Shown here: positions 42,135 through 51,206 of the stretch, piece after piece
How positions within the stretch are numbered: the first letter of the stretch is position 1
Layout: every line of letters starts with the position of its first letter
IMG/VR virus record: IMGVR_UViG_3300037087_000771
Location: 1-54,439 of that record
Direction: 5' to 3' (one strand)
Origin: a virus
Taxonomy: Duplodnaviria > Caudoviricetes
Length of the DNA: 54,439 bases
Position numbers and translations under genes: made by a program
The notes under the pieces: model-generated
What the model saw: the letters and a program-made list of their open reading frames with translations, nothing else
The model's database searches: none
Told to the model about the DNA's origin: nothing

Positions 42135-42731
42135 TTAGCTCGTGGTGCAGGTGATCTGGTACGTCACGTAGATCTCGTCGTCTGCAATGACAGCGCGCGG
42201 GGTCCCGAACCGTTTGGCGCACATCAGGGTGCCCGCTGCGCTGGTCTTCGCCGCCGTGTCGGCCAGGAAGGCCCCGTAAACGGTGATCGACGCATTCATA
42301 ACGAAATGCGCCTTGGCATTGACGTTCGTGATGACCGCCGTGGACGTGTCTTCCGTGGTGTACGCGGGCCGGTTGGTCAGCGGGTTATCGTAGTCCGCGT
42401 CCTGGCATTCGCCGTAGGCGTTGCCCGAGCCCAATTTCGCTGCCGTGTCAGCCAGCGCCGGGGTGATGTTGTTCTTGAAGATGCCGACGTACCAGATGTG
42501 CGCCGCGGCCTTGGAGATGTCATGAAACATGATGTTCAGGAGCTTGGCCATACCCTCAGTCGTGAAGGTATTCGTCCCGGTTTCCGTAAAGAGCAGGACG
42601 CCGTTGCGCCAATGCTCAAACGTTACCTTGCCCTCGAAGATGATGTCATCCCATGCCCCCTTTTTCAGCCTCAGATAGAGAGCCGTTACCATGAGCCGTA
42701 CCATTGCCAAAATCTCTTTGAATCGTTTCAT
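42135..42731 (-). CDS. Virion structural protein
   Basis: Start ATG 42731 (SD AAGGAGG); N.FTTEG...WYVGIF...TVYGAFL...DEIYVTYQI pattern seen in phage tail structural proteins. Confidence 0.7.
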   Translation of the reverse strand: MKRFKEILAMVRLMVTALYLRLKKGAWDDIIFEGKVTFEHWRNGVLLFTETGTNTFTTEGMAKLLNIMFHDISKAAAHIWYVGIFKNNITPALADTAAKLGSGNAYGECQDADYDNPLTNRPAYTTEDTSTAVITNVNAKAHFVMNASITVYGAFLADTAAKTSAAGTLMCAKRFGTPRAVIADDEIYVTYQITCTTS

Positions 42732-42767
42732 TGCGTGTTCCTCCTTGTTGTGTGGTTGTTGTTCGTG

Positions 42768-42863
42768 GGGCAATAAAAAAGGGGCACGTCGATGTGTCGG
42801 CACCGACATGCCCCTTGATTATTCTTGCCTTCCCGTCCGGGTGGCCACCCTTCAGGGAAACCC
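42768..42863 (-). promoter_or_regulatory. Structured cis-RNA plus intrinsic terminator, copy A
   Basis: TTCCC..GGGT-GGCC-ACCC..GGGAA hairpin, GCAAGAATAATCAAGG linker, branched stem AAGGGGCA/TGCCCCTT, U-tract. Confidence 0.7.
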
Positions 42864-42876
42864 CAACTACTAATGA

Positions 42877-44118
42877 TTAAAGAACTTTCCCGTTTCTTAC
42901 TACCTCGCAAGTTGCGGAGTCACCAAAGCCGACCCCACTCCCGCGGGGGCGCTCCTGCTTGAAACTGGTCAAAAACTGATCCTGGCCATTGACGATCCGG
43001 GACACCGCGGCCCCTTCCCGCCCTGCCGGGAATTGTACTCTTCCTGCTGTGATATTGACGAGCGCACCACTATGGCTGCCCGCCACAAGACCGTCTTTCG
43101 ACACCCAGACCGGGACATTGTTGCCCAGATCCGGCACGTTGTTGCAATAGGCGAGGATATCTCGCGCCACCCCTGCCCCGACATGTGCCTCCCGCATCCC
43201 GCTCGGTTCTGTTCCGGGAAGGAAGATGGTCCTGTCATCGAACCCGACGAAAATTCCACCGTCCACAAACGCAACGAGAAGGATATCATTGGAGAATGAG
43301 AAAATGTTCGTGGATTTATAGAGGTCGTACCGATAGGGTTCGCTGTAACGTAGGGTGCTGTCCACCGCGCCCCACAGGCGACCGAACGCTCGACGAATGA
43401 ACCTCATGGGGTTGGGAGGACTACACAGAAAGGTTGGTAGAGGCTCCATCGTGTCGATGTCGGTGATCTCTGCCTTCTCATACGCGGCCCGGTAGAAGGT
43501 GCTCCCGTTCGGGTCGGTCGCCCATGCTATGGCGTCGGATGGTTTGTTGAGAATTGAAATCATAGAGTTGTCGGCCAGAACGTCGATCTCGGCGATCATC
43601 CCGTTGCCGCCGACCTGCCCGTTGACCACGTTCGTGTAGCAGACCTGATACCGCCCAGCAGTCAGCGCTCCGGTCCCGCTGTATTGAAGAAGGACCGGCT
43701 GCTCCGGGATCGGGATCCCCCATGAACTCACCGTGTTTTGTACTGGATCGAAGATTCCCATCCAGTGGCGGCTTGAAATGTAAATCTTGTCGTCCACCGC
43801 GGCATAGAAGAGTTTCTCCTCGAAGGGGCCGGACAGGGCGCAAAGGTTGACCTTTGACCCATCAGGATAGAACCGGTAGAGTCGGCCTTCCGCCGCAGCA
43901 AGCAAGACATGCCTGGCGCCCCAGGCGCTATGTGCGTTGGGAAGACTGGCCAGGAGCCGAAAACCGCCCCGCTTCTTCAGCCTTTCCTCTGCCGTGACAT
44001 CGGCGTTCAGAATGACCTTCGGGATCGCTGTCATCGTCCCATCCTCATGGCCCGAAAATCCGCCCTCTTCGAGTACGTTATTCATGCCTTTGAATCCCCT
44101 GATCGTTAAAGGTTTCAT
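42877..44118 (-). CDS. Putative podovirus tail nozzle / head-closure protein
   Basis: 413 aa, beta-rich (GFKGMNN...LNADV...KKRGG...LRYSEPY), located after the adaptor gene. Confidence 0.6.
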   Translation of the reverse strand: MKPLTIRGFKGMNNVLEEGGFSGHEDGTMTAIPKVILNADVTAEERLKKRGGFRLLASLPNAHSAWGARHVLLAAAEGRLYRFYPDGSKVNLCALSGPFEEKLFYAAVDDKIYISSRHWMGIFDPVQNTVSSWGIPIPEQPVLLQYSGTGALTAGRYQVCYTNVVNGQVGGNGMIAEIDVLADNSMISILNKPSDAIAWATDPNGSTFYRAAYEKAEITDIDTMEPLPTFLCSPPNPMRFIRRAFGRLWGAVDSTLRYSEPYRYDLYKSTNIFSFSNDILLVAFVDGGIFVGFDDRTIFLPGTEPSGMREAHVGAGVARDILAYCNNVPDLGNNVPVWVSKDGLVAGSHSGALVNITAGRVQFPAGREGAAVSRIVNGQDQFLTSFKQERPRGSGVGFGDSATCEVVRNGKVL

Positions 44119-44756
44119 TAGAAATCCAGCCTTGTCCGTTGGACATCCGCTCTCGCCTTGGGCGCGTTCGGGTAGAAAGCGACCAGAGAGGCAATTCCGT
44201 TTGCGGCCAGACCGCCATACTTCTGCGTGTTCGGCATCACTCCGTCGAGCCCGTCCTCGATCTGAAGGTAGGCTTCCTTGAGGGCGTAATTCTGGAAGAT
44301 CTCCTTGTGAAGAATCTCCGGGATGTAGTCGGGAAACACGTCCCCGGCTGCCAGCTCCTTCGGTTTTCCGTAGAAATGAAGCGTCATATTCTCGGCATCT
44401 TCCGGGATGGGCCTGAAGTTCAGGATCTTCCCGTCAAGGCAGATGATCTGCACGGGGCCGGTCCGTGTGTCATTGGAATTCGCCTTCAATTCTTTGATGT
44501 TCGGGGCAATCAGAATGCCCTGTGGGTACGTCGGTGTCGTCACGAGGTAGAGGTCATGCAGGTAGGTCTTCGGAAGGGCCGCTGTTATTGCCGCTGCTGT
44601 CGCCTCTACAACTGCGGTCGTCTGAAGGCCAGGGATTCGGCACATCGTAGCCAGTAGGAGCAGGGCCTCGTTGAACTTTCCGATGATCCAGGTCTCGTCG
44701 TAAGTCGTGTCCTGGACTACTTTCTCAACCTCTGTCACGATTGCATCTACTTCCAT
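44118..44756 (-). CDS. Putative head-tail adaptor
   Basis: 212 aa; helix-beta-helix layout (FNEA...FRPIP...IPEILH...YALKEAY); coupled at both ends. Confidence 0.65.
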   Translation of the reverse strand: MEVDAIVTEVEKVVQDTTYDETWIIGKFNEALLLLATMCRIPGLQTTAVVEATAAAITAALPKTYLHDLYLVTTPTYPQGILIAPNIKELKANSNDTRTGPVQIICLDGKILNFRPIPEDAENMTLHFYGKPKELAAGDVFPDYIPEILHKEIFQNYALKEAYLQIEDGLDGVMPNTQKYGGLAANGIASLVAFYPNAPKARADVQRTRLDF

Positions 44757-45178
44757 CAACTTTTCCTCTTCTGCGGTCTCTTTGATCCTTTTTGGGGATA
44801 GGCCGGGCGATCCGGTTCATCACTCTTGTCTATCTGCCCAACATGGGGCGCGTAAGCGTCTTTACCGACCTGTTCATGCACGGGCATCTCGTTCCCGAAA
44901 TGGGCCGACATGCGGCTCTCGGCAGTCTCCGGGACAGCTTCGGGTGAGTCCGAAACAGGCGCCACTTCAGCGACCACTTCTTCGGTGATCTTCTTCAGGA
45001 CGCTGTATTCCTTGAACGCGGTGCTGTGGAACGGGTCCAAGATCCTTTTGATGTGCTCCTGGTCCGTGATATCACTGACAAGGTGCCCATGATCGTTTCG
45101 CTTGAACTTGTAGGCCGTCCCCGCCAGGTTGACGATGCACTCGTTCTGGTCTCTCTCGACCAGCAATTGAATCTGCAT
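44756..45178 (-). CDS. Hypothetical head-associated protein
   Basis: Start ATG 45178 (SD GGAGGAG); N-terminal YKFKRN..G.LV.DI.D..H domain and disordered tail. Confidence 0.7.
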   Translation of the reverse strand: MQIQLLVERDQNECIVNLAGTAYKFKRNDHGHLVSDITDQEHIKRILDPFHSTAFKEYSVLKKITEEVVAEVAPVSDSPEAVPETAESRMSAHFGNEMPVHEQVGKDAYAPHVGQIDKSDEPDRPAYPQKGSKRPQKRKS

Positions 45179-45194
45179 AACTCCTCCGATGTTT

Positions 45195-45247
45195 GTAGGC
45201 CGTGACGGTGGAGCGAGAAGAGGGGGCGCCCCCACCGCCACGCCTAC
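45195..45247 (-). other. Long intergenic hairpin
   Basis: GTAGGC-GTGGCGGTGG...CCACCGTCAC-GGCCTAC. Confidence 0.55.
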
Positions 45248-45266
45248 GGGGTTGTGTGGACCCTTT

Positions 45267-45710
45267 TTAGCCGCCGTACTCCGCGGCGCGGTACGTCAGA
45301 ATCCCACGAATGGTCCCTGCTGCGGCTGTTCCCGCTGCCGTGGTGATGTGCATACCAAACAGGGTCTCCGTCTCGACGGGGGCCACCATCGGAAACAGCG
45401 TCGAACGGGCAACCCCGCCCGCCTGTGCCACGGTAGACGCGGAGATCATGATCTGATCAACCGCGTCCTCCGCCGCATTGATTCCGCCGCCATCCACGAC
45501 GATTGCAGGGCTACCGGAATCGAGGTCGTCCACAATCAGGGTGAAATCCAGGGGGATGCACCCAGCCGGGAGCGAGCACAGTGCGATGGTCTGCTCGTCC
45601 ACGTTCAGAGCGGCGGTGATTTCATACGAGCCGTCGCTCACCAGAACCTTGCCAGCCTCGTCCGGGTAAACCGCAGGACGGGCGCCTGCTACATTTGCCG
45701 ATTTCAACAT
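45267..45710 (-). CDS. Putative capsid decoration / minor capsid protein
   Basis: 147 aa, Ala/Gly/Thr-rich, directly after the MCP; SD AAGGAG. Confidence 0.65.
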   Translation of the reverse strand: MLKSANVAGARPAVYPDEAGKVLVSDGSYEITAALNVDEQTIALCSLPAGCIPLDFTLIVDDLDSGSPAIVVDGGGINAAEDAVDQIMISASTVAQAGGVARSTLFPMVAPVETETLFGMHITTAAGTAAAGTIRGILTYRAAEYGG

Positions 45711-45737
45711 AGTCGTGTCTCCTTTTCCTTCACTGAA

Positions 45738-45757
45738 GGGGGAGATCCGTCTCCCCC
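45738..45757 (-). other. Hairpin downstream of the MCP
   Basis: GGGGGAGA-CGGA-TCTCCCCC with a weak U-tract. Confidence 0.55.
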
Positions 45758-45780
45758 GTTGTCATTCCTGTGATCCCCTG

Positions 45781-46884
45781 TTACCCGACCGGCTGCTTGG
45801 CTGCCGTGTCGATTGCCATGATCCCGAAGTCCTTGGCGTTGAACTGCACCTTGGAGATTCCGAAGATCGAGTGCGTGCTGATTACGACCTGGTTTCCGCT
45901 GTCCCTCTCCTCTTCGTACCAGCCGAAGCGGAGACCGTTGCCCTTGGAGCCGAAGGCGATCACTGCCGCCTGGACGCCCATGAACAGAGCCCGCGCCGCC
46001 TCAACGGTCGCGGGGTTGCCGTAGTCGGCCATACGGATTACGGCCTGGTGCTCATGCAGGACCACGTTGTTATACATGCCGAGCCCGCCCTGGAAGATCG
46101 GGTTCTTGCGGCCCTCTGCCGCTGCCGCCGCCTTCTGTATGTCCAGCCAGCCAGAGCCGCCCGTGGTCTGCCGAAGGTCGTACACCTGCCACGGGTTCAT
46201 CAAGAGGACGAAGTGCTTCTCGCCGTTGATGAGGATCGGCTGGATCTTGGGGGTCCCCCCTGTTCCGCCTCCCATCATCGAGGCCATAGCCACAGCCTTG
46301 TCGATGAGCCCCAGGGTGATCGTGTCGCCCGCGGCAATGGTCGTCTTGATCTTCGTGCCCGGCATGAGCAAGTGCTCGGTGTCGGGGGCGTTGAAGGCGT
46401 TCCCTGCAAATCCCGCGTAACTGGTCGGGAAGATGTAGTCCGCATTGGACCCGCGGAGCCCGGACAGGTACATGAAGAAGAGCTCGTCGAATACCCGGCT
46501 CCACCATTCCGACTGCCGTACCCGTGCGATCTCGCGGAGCTGGTGTATCGTCCGCTTCTGGGTCATCCTGCCGCCCGTGTTCACCCCGCCGCGCATCTGA
46601 TTGATCAGGATGTCGTCGGAGTAGAACTTCAGGTCCTCTTCTTTCCCGGTCAAAGGGGTGTCCCCTTCCACAGGTTGCATTTTCAACTGCATGACAAGGT
46701 CGAAGGAAACCTTGTCTCCCGCCGTGCTTTCGAGGTCTTTCACGACCTGGATGGGCATGGAGCTGCCCTCAGCGCCCATGAACTTGCGTGAGAAATAGGA
46801 ATCCCGCGCCACGTCTACCGCAAGGAATGCCGAATACTTCTTGACGGCCTTGGGGTCGTTTACACCGATGATTGTCTGTCCCAT
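45781..46884 (-). CDS. Major capsid protein, N4-gp56 (DUF4043-like) family
   Basis: GVNDPKAVKKYS...GDKVSFDL...LTGKEEDL...QKRTIHQLR...NPIFQGGLGMYNNVVLHEH...DFGIMAIDT; SD AGGAGG. Confidence 0.92.
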   Translation of the reverse strand: MGQTIIGVNDPKAVKKYSAFLAVDVARDSYFSRKFMGAEGSSMPIQVVKDLESTAGDKVSFDLVMQLKMQPVEGDTPLTGKEEDLKFYSDDILINQMRGGVNTGGRMTQKRTIHQLREIARVRQSEWWSRVFDELFFMYLSGLRGSNADYIFPTSYAGFAGNAFNAPDTEHLLMPGTKIKTTIAAGDTITLGLIDKAVAMASMMGGGTGGTPKIQPILINGEKHFVLLMNPWQVYDLRQTTGGSGWLDIQKAAAAAEGRKNPIFQGGLGMYNNVVLHEHQAVIRMADYGNPATVEAARALFMGVQAAVIAFGSKGNGLRFGWYEEERDSGNQVVISTHSIFGISKVQFNAKDFGIMAIDTAAKQPVG

Positions 46885-47032
46885 TGCGTATCCTCCTAAA
46901 AGTGATAGAAAATGTTTTTGTGCTTCACCGTCTCTCCATTTCCCCCATCACTTCCCGGTCATCGGGCTGGCTATGTTTGAACCAGAACGTGGGACACTAC
47001 TCTTCTGTCTTCATGCCCCGTGGGGCGGGTAA

Positions 47033-47067
47033 CAAAAAAGCCAGCCAGGATTTCTCCCTGACTGGCC
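47033..47067 (-). terminator. Intrinsic terminator upstream of the MCP
   Basis: GGCCAGTCAGGGA-GAAA-TCCTGGCTGGC followed by TTTTTTG. Confidence 0.8.
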
Positions 47068-47106
47068 TTCGTAAGGCTCTATTGCTTATTGGCAGTCGAA
47101 CCGCTC
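47064..47106 (-). promoter_or_regulatory. Twin GA-GC(N3)-NCG-(N3)GC-C hairpins, candidate Com-like binding sites
   Basis: GAGCGGTTCGACTGCC (47106-47091) and GAGCCTTACGAAGGCC (47079-47064); the second overlaps the terminator 5' arm. Confidence 0.6.
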
Positions 47107-47279
47107 TAAGCTGCTTTAATCGCTATGGTTCCGAACTTCTCCCCGTCATACCGTAAAACGCCCAACATGTGCGTGAGAATCAGGTTCAAATAACCGCATT
47201 TCGGACACTTGATTTCAGCGTGAACGCTTTCAGCTTTCATCAGTAACCGGTTGCATTTCTTGCAGCGGATTTCGGTCAT
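47106..47279 (-). CDS. com: Mu Com-like zinc-ribbon regulator (57 aa; not in ORF track)
   Basis: My translation: MTEIRCKKCNRLLMKAESVHAEIKCPKCGYLNLILTHMLGVLRYDGEKFGTIAIKAA, with the EIRCxxCxRLL...EIKCPKC..LN signature. Confidence 0.85.
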   Translation of the reverse strand: MTEIRCKKCNRLLMKAESVHAEIKCPKCGYLNLILTHMLGVLRYDGEKFGTIAIKAA

Positions 47280-47291
47280 ATCCTCCCCCTT

Positions 47292-48350
47292 TTACGAGCG
47301 GGCTGCGTAGATAGCCCGCTCTGCATCACTCATCTTGGCGACTGCGTTCTCGTAGGCTTCCCCCGTGAGCTTATCAATCGCGTCATACTTGTCGTCTCCC
47401 TGATTCCCTTCCGATACCGGGACCTTGGCAAGCGTCTTGACCCCCGCGGCCCTCTCGGCCTCCGCCTTCTTCGCTGCTTCGATAGCCTTGCGCTTCTCCT
47501 CGGCGGCCTCAATAGCCTTGCGCTTCTCTTCGATGGACACGACATTGTCATCGTCCGCCTTGGGTGGTACTTCCGGGTGGAAAACCGCGTCGCATTCTTT
47601 CTTTGCGGCTGCGAAAATCTGTGCGTCGGTCATCTTCTTCGACTCGTCAGTGGCCAGGAGCCGGTTGACGGCGTCCACAAAGGCCACATTCTTGATCCGC
47701 TCTGCGGAATACTCAGGGTTGCTGCTGAAAAAATCGCCTTGGGCGTCCTTCCATCCCTTTTCGGCTGCCGCCTTCTGGACCTGGGCGTTGATCTTGTCGA
47801 ACATCTTCATCTCGGTAAGCGATTCGACGTATTCGGCGCGTTCCTTGTTGTATGCGGCCAGGGTGATGTCTCCATCCTCGAACTTCGTGTCGAGCGCCGA
47901 CATCTTGGCTTCGATTTCCTCCCTGGTTCCGTGCTTTTTCTCGGCCTCCAGGATGAAAACAGGTTCGTTTTTGGGTGCAATGACGGTCACTGCCGCGGCG
48001 GCCTCTTCCGCCTTCTGCGCTGCCTCCAGGTCTGCCGCCTCTTTGGCCGCCTGGACTGCCGCTGCCGCCTCTGCGTCTGCTGCCGCCTTGGCTTTGGCCT
48101 CTTCTTCGAGCTTCTCCGCTTCGAGCTTCTCTGCTTCCGCTTCCGCTGCCTCTGCCGTCTTCTCCTCCACCGTCTTCTTCTCGACCTTCCGCTTCGCTTC
48201 CCCTGCCCCCTCTTCCTTCGCCTTGGCGGCTTCGGCGGCCTCTTCTTCAGCCTTGATTTCCTCCGTGCTTTTGTTCTCCGTTTCCCCATCAAGGGCCTCT
48301 CGCTCTTCGGGGCTCAGCATCGCCAACTCGTCTTCCGTGATCTTTCCCAT
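47292..48350 (-). CDS. Putative capsid scaffolding protein
   Basis: Acidic Ala/Glu/Lys-rich helical protein between portal and MCP; start ATG 48350, SD GGAGG. Confidence 0.75.
   Translation of the reverse strand: MGKITEDELAMLSPEEREALDGETENKSTEEIKAEEEAAEAAKAKEEGAGEAKRKVEKKTVEEKTAEAAEAEAEKLEAEKLEEEAKAKAAADAEAAAAVQAAKEAADLEAAQKAEEAAAAVTVIAPKNEPVFILEAEKKHGTREEIEAKMSALDTKFEDGDITLAAYNKERAEYVESLTEMKMFDKINAQVQKAAAEKGWKDAQGDFFSSNPEYSAERIKNVAFVDAVNRLLATDESKKMTDAQIFAAAKKECDAVFHPEVPPKADDDNVVSIEEKRKAIEAAEEKRKAIEAAKKAEAERAAGVKTLAKVPVSEGNQGDDKYDAIDKLTGEAYENAVAKMSDAERAIYAARS
47473..47532 (-). repeat. 30-nt in-frame tandem duplication (EEKRKAIEAA x2)
   Basis: atagccttgcgcttctc at 47482 and 47512. Confidence 0.8.
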
Positions 48351-48378
48351 AATGTCCTCCCTCTCTCGGTTGAGTATC

Positions 48379-48478
48379 GGGCAACAAAAAAGGACGGAAG
48401 CGTGAGAGTGTGGTCCCACACGACCGTCCTTGTTTGTTCTTGCGTCCCCTTTCGGTATGCCTACCGTCCGGGGAACCC
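48379..48478 (-). promoter_or_regulatory. Structured cis-RNA plus intrinsic terminator, copy B
   Basis: TCCCC..CGGTA-GGCA-TACCG..GGGGA hairpin, GCAAGAACAAACAAGG linker, branched stem AAGGACGG/CCGTCCTT, U-tract. Confidence 0.7.
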
Positions 48479-48498
48479 TGATTTTTTAATTACTGCCC

Positions 48499-50826
48499 TT
48501 ACTTCTTATGGTTGTTGCTCTTCAGTCCCCTTTCGACTGACCCGTTCGGTTTGTCCTTCGCCTTAACCAACGTCTCGTCAATGTTCATCTTCCGATCCAT
48601 CATCGTTCGACCATGCTCACCCTGTTCGATGGTGTGCAATGTGCTGGCCTTTTCCATCCGGAGCTTTTCCTTGTCATAATCGACACCCGCGGCGCTCACC
48701 TGCTGGTTGACGGACTCGGTCTTGATCTTCGCGGCGATAAGCTGGGCTTCTTGTTCGAGCTTCTTGACCTTCGCCTGTTCGGCTGCGAGCTGCGTCTGAA
48801 GGATCTGGTTTTGTGTCTCTGCCACCTGCGTCGCTGCGTCTACCTTGGCCTGATCTGCCGCCTTATCTTCGGGAGTGGCCGCACCTTCAGTCCCCCGTTG
48901 GCCAGTGATTGCCCTGAACCGATCGACAAACTTCTCTTTGCCGGGTAAATCGGACAACTCGAACCATAGATCAATAACTTGTATTGCTGCTTCGGGCTGC
49001 AAGGTCTTGAGGATCTCGGTCATTGACTCGAACATGGCCTCGCGGATCGTCGCGGAGTAATCCTGCTCGGAAATGACGAAATCTGCCTGGCTTGCCGTGA
49101 TGTCACCGATGATCTCGTCCGTCTCCGGGTTGTATTTGTTGATCTCAAGGAACTCGGGCGTCTTGCCGTTCTCGCCCCCGGTGATCCGGATCTTTTTTTC
49201 CTCGGTGTAGAGCTGTTCGATCATCGATAGAATGATCTCGCCGGACAGCTTGAAGGCCAGCCGATTGTTATCGAAGAATGCCGTCGTTACAACACCGCCC
49301 TGCTCCTGCCGTGCCCTGATCGCCTTCCCCGACACTGCATTCGTGTCCCGGCCCATCAGCTCGTCCGTCACGCCTGACGCGCTCTGGATGTACTTCTCGT
49401 CCTGGGTCATCAGCATGACGTGCTCTTCAGCCATCTTGGTCTCGTTCTGGATCTCGACCCCGCGTTGACTCTTTGGGTTGACCTTGATCAAACCATCGGG
49501 CCTGTTTGCTTCCTGGACGATATCGTCCCAACTCTGGTCCGTATCTTTTATCGCGTCGTCATCAGCCACTACCCGGTTGGCTGACAACAGGTAGAGAGCC
49601 TTTGACCGGCGCTTGTTCAGGTCTTTCTGCGGGTCTCTGAGATTCCGGACGATGCCGTAGGGCGTCCCGTCCTTCTTCCGTTTGAAGCCCCAGATCGGCA
49701 CCAGACTGAAGCGTTTGTGCCGGTACGGGCTCTCCCCGTCCTGCAATACCGAGTCGCCGGTGAAAATTATCTGACGCATCTCCATCACGGTTGACTCGAC
49801 CGGCTGCCCGATTCCCAGCTCCACCAGTTTCTGATGCTTCCCCTCATCGAACGTGATCCCCTGAAGCGTTCCCAGTTCCTTGCCGCGCAACAGCTTCTTT
49901 CTTGCCGGGGTCCGATACTGACACTCGACCAGAAAGACACGATCCCGCGGCTCAACAGAGGTCTGGGTGCCGATGTACCCGAAAAACCCGGTGTACTGCG
50001 GCGTAAAGCCAGTACTGCTGTGCGGCATCCCGCCCGCCATCTTTGGATCGAAGGCAGGATCAAGCATTTCCGCAAAGGTCTCGTACCCGAACCCCTGATC
50101 CCCGCTGATAACAGAAGCATGGATAACGTCCGCCCTGTCCGGGAACATGGCACAGGCAACGTCTTCATCCACCCACTTGCCCCTGAAAACGTAACGGGCG
50201 TCGGAGAGGTCGTCCTCGACGGCCAGCGTGTCCCACCAGATGTATCGCCAATCCTCGTATGAGACGACAAGGGGCTCGTTGTCCGGGTCCGCGTTGATCC
50301 CGTGATCGATCCACCCTACCCCGGCCAGCACGGCATCGGCGAATGACTTCGACCGCTTGAATCCCGCGTTGTTCGCGTCGGAGACGTATTTGAAGAGCTT
50401 CGTCTTCATCTCCGCGCTCTTCGCGTCCTCTTCACCCCTGGGTAGAACGCGATAGTCAACCCGGATCTTCTTTTCAGTCCCGAGCACCCAATCGACCGTT
50501 GGCTTGACCTGGTTGAAGGTGATCGGCACCTGGGTCCGTTTGGCCAGGATCGCCTTCTCTTCCTGCGTCCACTGTCCCGGCCCGTCATAGAACTCATGGT
50601 CTACCATCGACTCACAGCGGAAATCAGCCTGCCGGACCCTTTCCTGGGCGAACCAGGACGACACCTTCGTGAAGCGCTTGCGGACATCCTCCCTGTCGAG
50701 CGGATGAACTCCTTTGGGAGGCTTTTCGAGCCCCAGATCATCCAGGTGTTCGTCAACGTCGAACTCGCGAGGGGTGTATTCCTCGATGCTCCTTACGTTC
50801 TCGGTTCTTTGAGTTCGCTCGCTCAT
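48499..50826 (-). CDS. Portal protein (P22/N4-like)
   Basis: 775 aa; FYDG..QW...ITFNQVKP.V..VLG.E...PYGIVRNLRDPQKDLNKRRSK...SGKAI.ARQEQG. Confidence 0.92.
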   Translation of the reverse strand: MSERTQRTENVRSIEEYTPREFDVDEHLDDLGLEKPPKGVHPLDREDVRKRFTKVSSWFAQERVRQADFRCESMVDHEFYDGPGQWTQEEKAILAKRTQVPITFNQVKPTVDWVLGTEKKIRVDYRVLPRGEEDAKSAEMKTKLFKYVSDANNAGFKRSKSFADAVLAGVGWIDHGINADPDNEPLVVSYEDWRYIWWDTLAVEDDLSDARYVFRGKWVDEDVACAMFPDRADVIHASVISGDQGFGYETFAEMLDPAFDPKMAGGMPHSSTGFTPQYTGFFGYIGTQTSVEPRDRVFLVECQYRTPARKKLLRGKELGTLQGITFDEGKHQKLVELGIGQPVESTVMEMRQIIFTGDSVLQDGESPYRHKRFSLVPIWGFKRKKDGTPYGIVRNLRDPQKDLNKRRSKALYLLSANRVVADDDAIKDTDQSWDDIVQEANRPDGLIKVNPKSQRGVEIQNETKMAEEHVMLMTQDEKYIQSASGVTDELMGRDTNAVSGKAIRARQEQGGVVTTAFFDNNRLAFKLSGEIILSMIEQLYTEEKKIRITGGENGKTPEFLEINKYNPETDEIIGDITASQADFVISEQDYSATIREAMFESMTEILKTLQPEAAIQVIDLWFELSDLPGKEKFVDRFRAITGQRGTEGAATPEDKAADQAKVDAATQVAETQNQILQTQLAAEQAKVKKLEQEAQLIAAKIKTESVNQQVSAAGVDYDKEKLRMEKASTLHTIEQGEHGRTMMDRKMNIDETLVKAKDKPNGSVERGLKSNNHKK

Positions 50827-51206
50827 CAGTGCATCATCCCCACTTTAATATCGGGCCTGTCACTCGCCGGCTGCATGTCGATCACCGTGTTCGGGTCGTC
50901 GTACCCTGCCCTGAACGGCGGCATCTTCACGAGGTCGTCTATCCCATCCATGATCGTGTCTGTTATTGAAGACATCACCTGCACGAACTGACGCTTGCGC
51001 GTCGGTACCTCAATGTCAAACAACTTGCAGATTTGCAGCACCTTACCTGTTATGAACCCCCCGAACTCATCATTGTGCGTGTCGCTGTACTTCCAGAGGT
51101 CATCCAGTGTGATGATGAAGCGCTTCTTATTGTCCCGCTGCGCCCCGTTCAGGATCATAACTGGGTTACCCTTGAAGTATCCGTAGTCCCTCTCGATTAC
51201 TCTCAT
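50826..51206 (-). CDS. Hypothetical protein
   Basis: 126 aa with ATGA and TGATG coupling on both sides. Confidence 0.7.
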   Translation of the reverse strand: MRVIERDYGYFKGNPVMILNGAQRDNKKRFIITLDDLWKYSDTHNDEFGGFITGKVLQICKLFDIEVPTRKRQFVQVMSSITDTIMDGIDDLVKMPPFRAGYDDPNTVIDMQPASDRPDIKVGMMH

